From a bacterium HR30 (GTDB lineage Bacteria; Desulfobacterota; Binatia; HRBIN30), in assembly GCA_002898795.1 (NCBI GenBank), contig BEIG01000004.1, forward strand, positions 1 through 62,729: DNA of 62,729 bases, written 5' to 3'. The notes under the pieces are model-generated. The model was given only the letters and a program-made list of their open reading frames with translations, was not told the origin of the DNA and ran no database searches. Shown here one piece after another: positions 61,294 through 62,729 of this stretch. A program made the position numbers and the translations under genes. Positions within the stretch are counted from its first letter, which is position 1, and each line of letters opens with the position of its first letter.

Positions 61294-62189
61294 GCAAGAA
61301 TCCGGGTCTTCTCCCTGGTCGGCTGGGACTAGCCGCCTCGCGCATTCCACATGCAGATCGTCACGGGCTGCTGTGGCTCGAGTACGGTAGGCTTTCCGTA
61401 GAAGACGGCACTTTGCGTTTCGTTGCCGCCCAGAGTGAATTCTTGGACGCTGGCGACTATGCGATCCCGTATCAGGCGGTGTCCATGATTTTGCTTGGCC
61501 CAGGCACCAGCCTGACCCATGACGTCCTTCGACTGTGCGCACGCCACGGTGTACTGATTGCCGCGGTAGGTGAAGGAGGGGTGAAAAGTTACACAGCACC
61601 ACCAATGGGACAAGGCCGATCTGACGTTGCCCGCGCCCATGCTGAGAAGTGGGCCGATCCGAAGGGTCGCTTGGATACCGCTAGGCGCTTGTATGCGTGG
61701 CGGTTCGGTCGGGTGCTGCCGCACCGTGATATTGAAACGTTGCGAGGGATCGAGGGCGTGCGGATCAAGGAAAGCTACAAATTGGTGGCCCAGCGTTTCG
61801 GCATTGACTGGAAAGGTCGACGGTACGACCGCGACAATCCCACAGCGGCAGATCTACCGAACCAAGCCATCAACCACGCCGCTACCTTTGTCGAGGCGGC
61901 GGCGGACATTGCGGTTGCAGCCGTGGGCGCGTTACCACCACTTGGTTTCATCCACGAACATTCGAGCAACGCTTTCACGCTCGACATCGCTGATCTTTAC
62001 CGCGTCGACCTGACTTTACCTTTGGCCTTTGGCGCAGTGCGAGCGTACCTCGACAGAGAAGCAAATAACCTTGAACGGGAGGTTCGCCGGCGTGCGGGCA
62101 AGCTGTTCCGACAGGAAAAACTTATTCCAAAAATGATCGACCGCATAAAGGAGCTCTTCGATGTCGATGACCGTGGTGGTGACCCGTAA
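61290..62189 (+). CDS. cas1: Type I-E Cas1
   Basis: LLGPGTSLTHD, LRGIEG.R, NQAINHA, LGFIH, FTLDIADL. Confidence 0.96.
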   Translation: MSKNPGLLPGRLGLAASRIPHADRHGLLWLEYGRLSVEDGTLRFVAAQSEFLDAGDYAIPYQAVSMILLGPGTSLTHDVLRLCARHGVLIAAVGEGGVKSYTAPPMGQGRSDVARAHAEKWADPKGRLDTARRLYAWRFGRVLPHRDIETLRGIEGVRIKESYKLVAQRFGIDWKGRRYDRDNPTAADLPNQAINHAATFVEAAADIAVAAVGALPPLGFIHEHSSNAFTLDIADLYRVDLTLPLAFGAVRAYLDREANNLEREVRRRAGKLFRQEKLIPKMIDRIKELFDVDDRGGDP

Positions 62190-62472
62190 TGTGTCGGCTC
62201 GTGTGCGAGGCTTCTTAGCCTCCGCAATGCTCGAAGTGGCTCCCGGTGTTTACACAGCACCACGCATCTCACCTGCTGTGCGGGAGCGCGTGTGGGCGGT
62301 CTTAAGCGACTGGTTCCCCAACGAGGACGAAGCCTCCATTGTTATGGTCTACCAACAGCGTGATTTAGCCGGCGGGCAAGCCGTCTTGACATTGGGTAGC
62401 CCACCTATTGATTTTGTAGAGGTCGACGGCCTCGTCCTTGCACGCCGGAACCCCAGCTGCACGGAGCGTTGA
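62161..62472 (+). CDS. cas2: Type I-E Cas2
   Basis: VVVTRNV..R.RGFL...MLEVAPGVY, VRERVW, DGL.L. Confidence 0.93.
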   Translation: MSMTVVVTRNVSARVRGFLASAMLEVAPGVYTAPRISPAVRERVWAVLSDWFPNEDEASIVMVYQQRDLAGGQAVLTLGSPPIDFVEVDGLVLARRNPSCTER

Positions 62473-62519
62473 TCTTTAAAAACTGTTTTTGTCGTTTTTA
62501 CGGATAGTTGCACACAAGA
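62473..62519 (+). promoter_or_regulatory. AT-rich CRISPR leader
   Basis: 47-bp AT-rich segment between the cas2 stop and the first repeat. Confidence 0.7.
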
Positions 62520-62729
62520 GTCTCCCCCGCGCACGCGGGGATCGACCATGGGCAGGCGGTGGGCCCGGTTGTTTTGTTGCGTCTCCCCCGCGCACGCGGG
62601 GATCGACCCCACATCGGCCATCGCCGGTGGCACGAGCGTGTGTCTCCCCCGCGCACGCGGGGATCGACCTTCTGGGTGACTCGGTTGGACGTGTCTGGTG
62701 ATGTCTCCCCCGCGCACGCGGGGATCGAC
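62520..62729 (+). CRISPR. Type I-E CRISPR array, truncated by the window end
   Basis: 28-bp repeat GTCTCCCCCGCGCACGCGGGGATCGACC at 62520, 62581, 62642 and 62703 (partial); three unique 33-bp spacers; period 61 bp. Confidence 0.98.

Noticed and set aside
62609-62641. Self-targeting by spacer 2 (GTGGCACGAGCG also occurs near 14137 in rppH)
   Set aside because: Only about 12 of 33 nt match, too short to indicate targeting.

Overview
This is GC-rich bacterial chromosomal DNA. The gene content (LPS heptosyltransferase, outer-membrane beta-barrel, ACIII, a MYXO-CTERM-like tail and CxGDC dockerin-like domains) suggests a diderm from a Binatota/Myxococcota-like lineage; this is inference only. From left to right the window holds: (1) metabolic genes (class II aldolase, YyaL-like protein, a DUF35-thiolase fusion, Rieske ferredoxin, nagZ, SDR, yjbQ, pyrF, fhs, phosphoketolase, Fur); (2) an ~8 kb accessory tract (13.6-21.6 kb) whose blocks are separated by clusters of one GTAG-type REP palindrome (GTAG-GGGCGCAC-N6-GTGCGCCC), carrying rppH, a truncated PD-(D/E)XK-like ORF and two copies of a modular surface-protein gene with identical translations, 3065 bp apart; (3) a Cys-rich surface protein, a CCA-adding enzyme and a CoA-transferase; (4) an alternative complex III plus A2-type caa3 oxidase operon; (5) a three-gene lipoprotein / TPR-beta-barrel (Slam-like) / FecR-domain operon; (6) rpsO-pnp-M16 peptidase; (7) four glycosyltransferases; (8) a complete type I-E CRISPR-Cas locus whose array runs off the window end. 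The best candidates for undescribed biology are the REP-delimited, cassette-like tract with a duplication breakpoint inside a REP arm, the Slam-like export operon with non-canonical putative cargo, and a Cas3 with HE in place of the HD motif. All calls come from reading motifs by eye; no searches or alignments were run.
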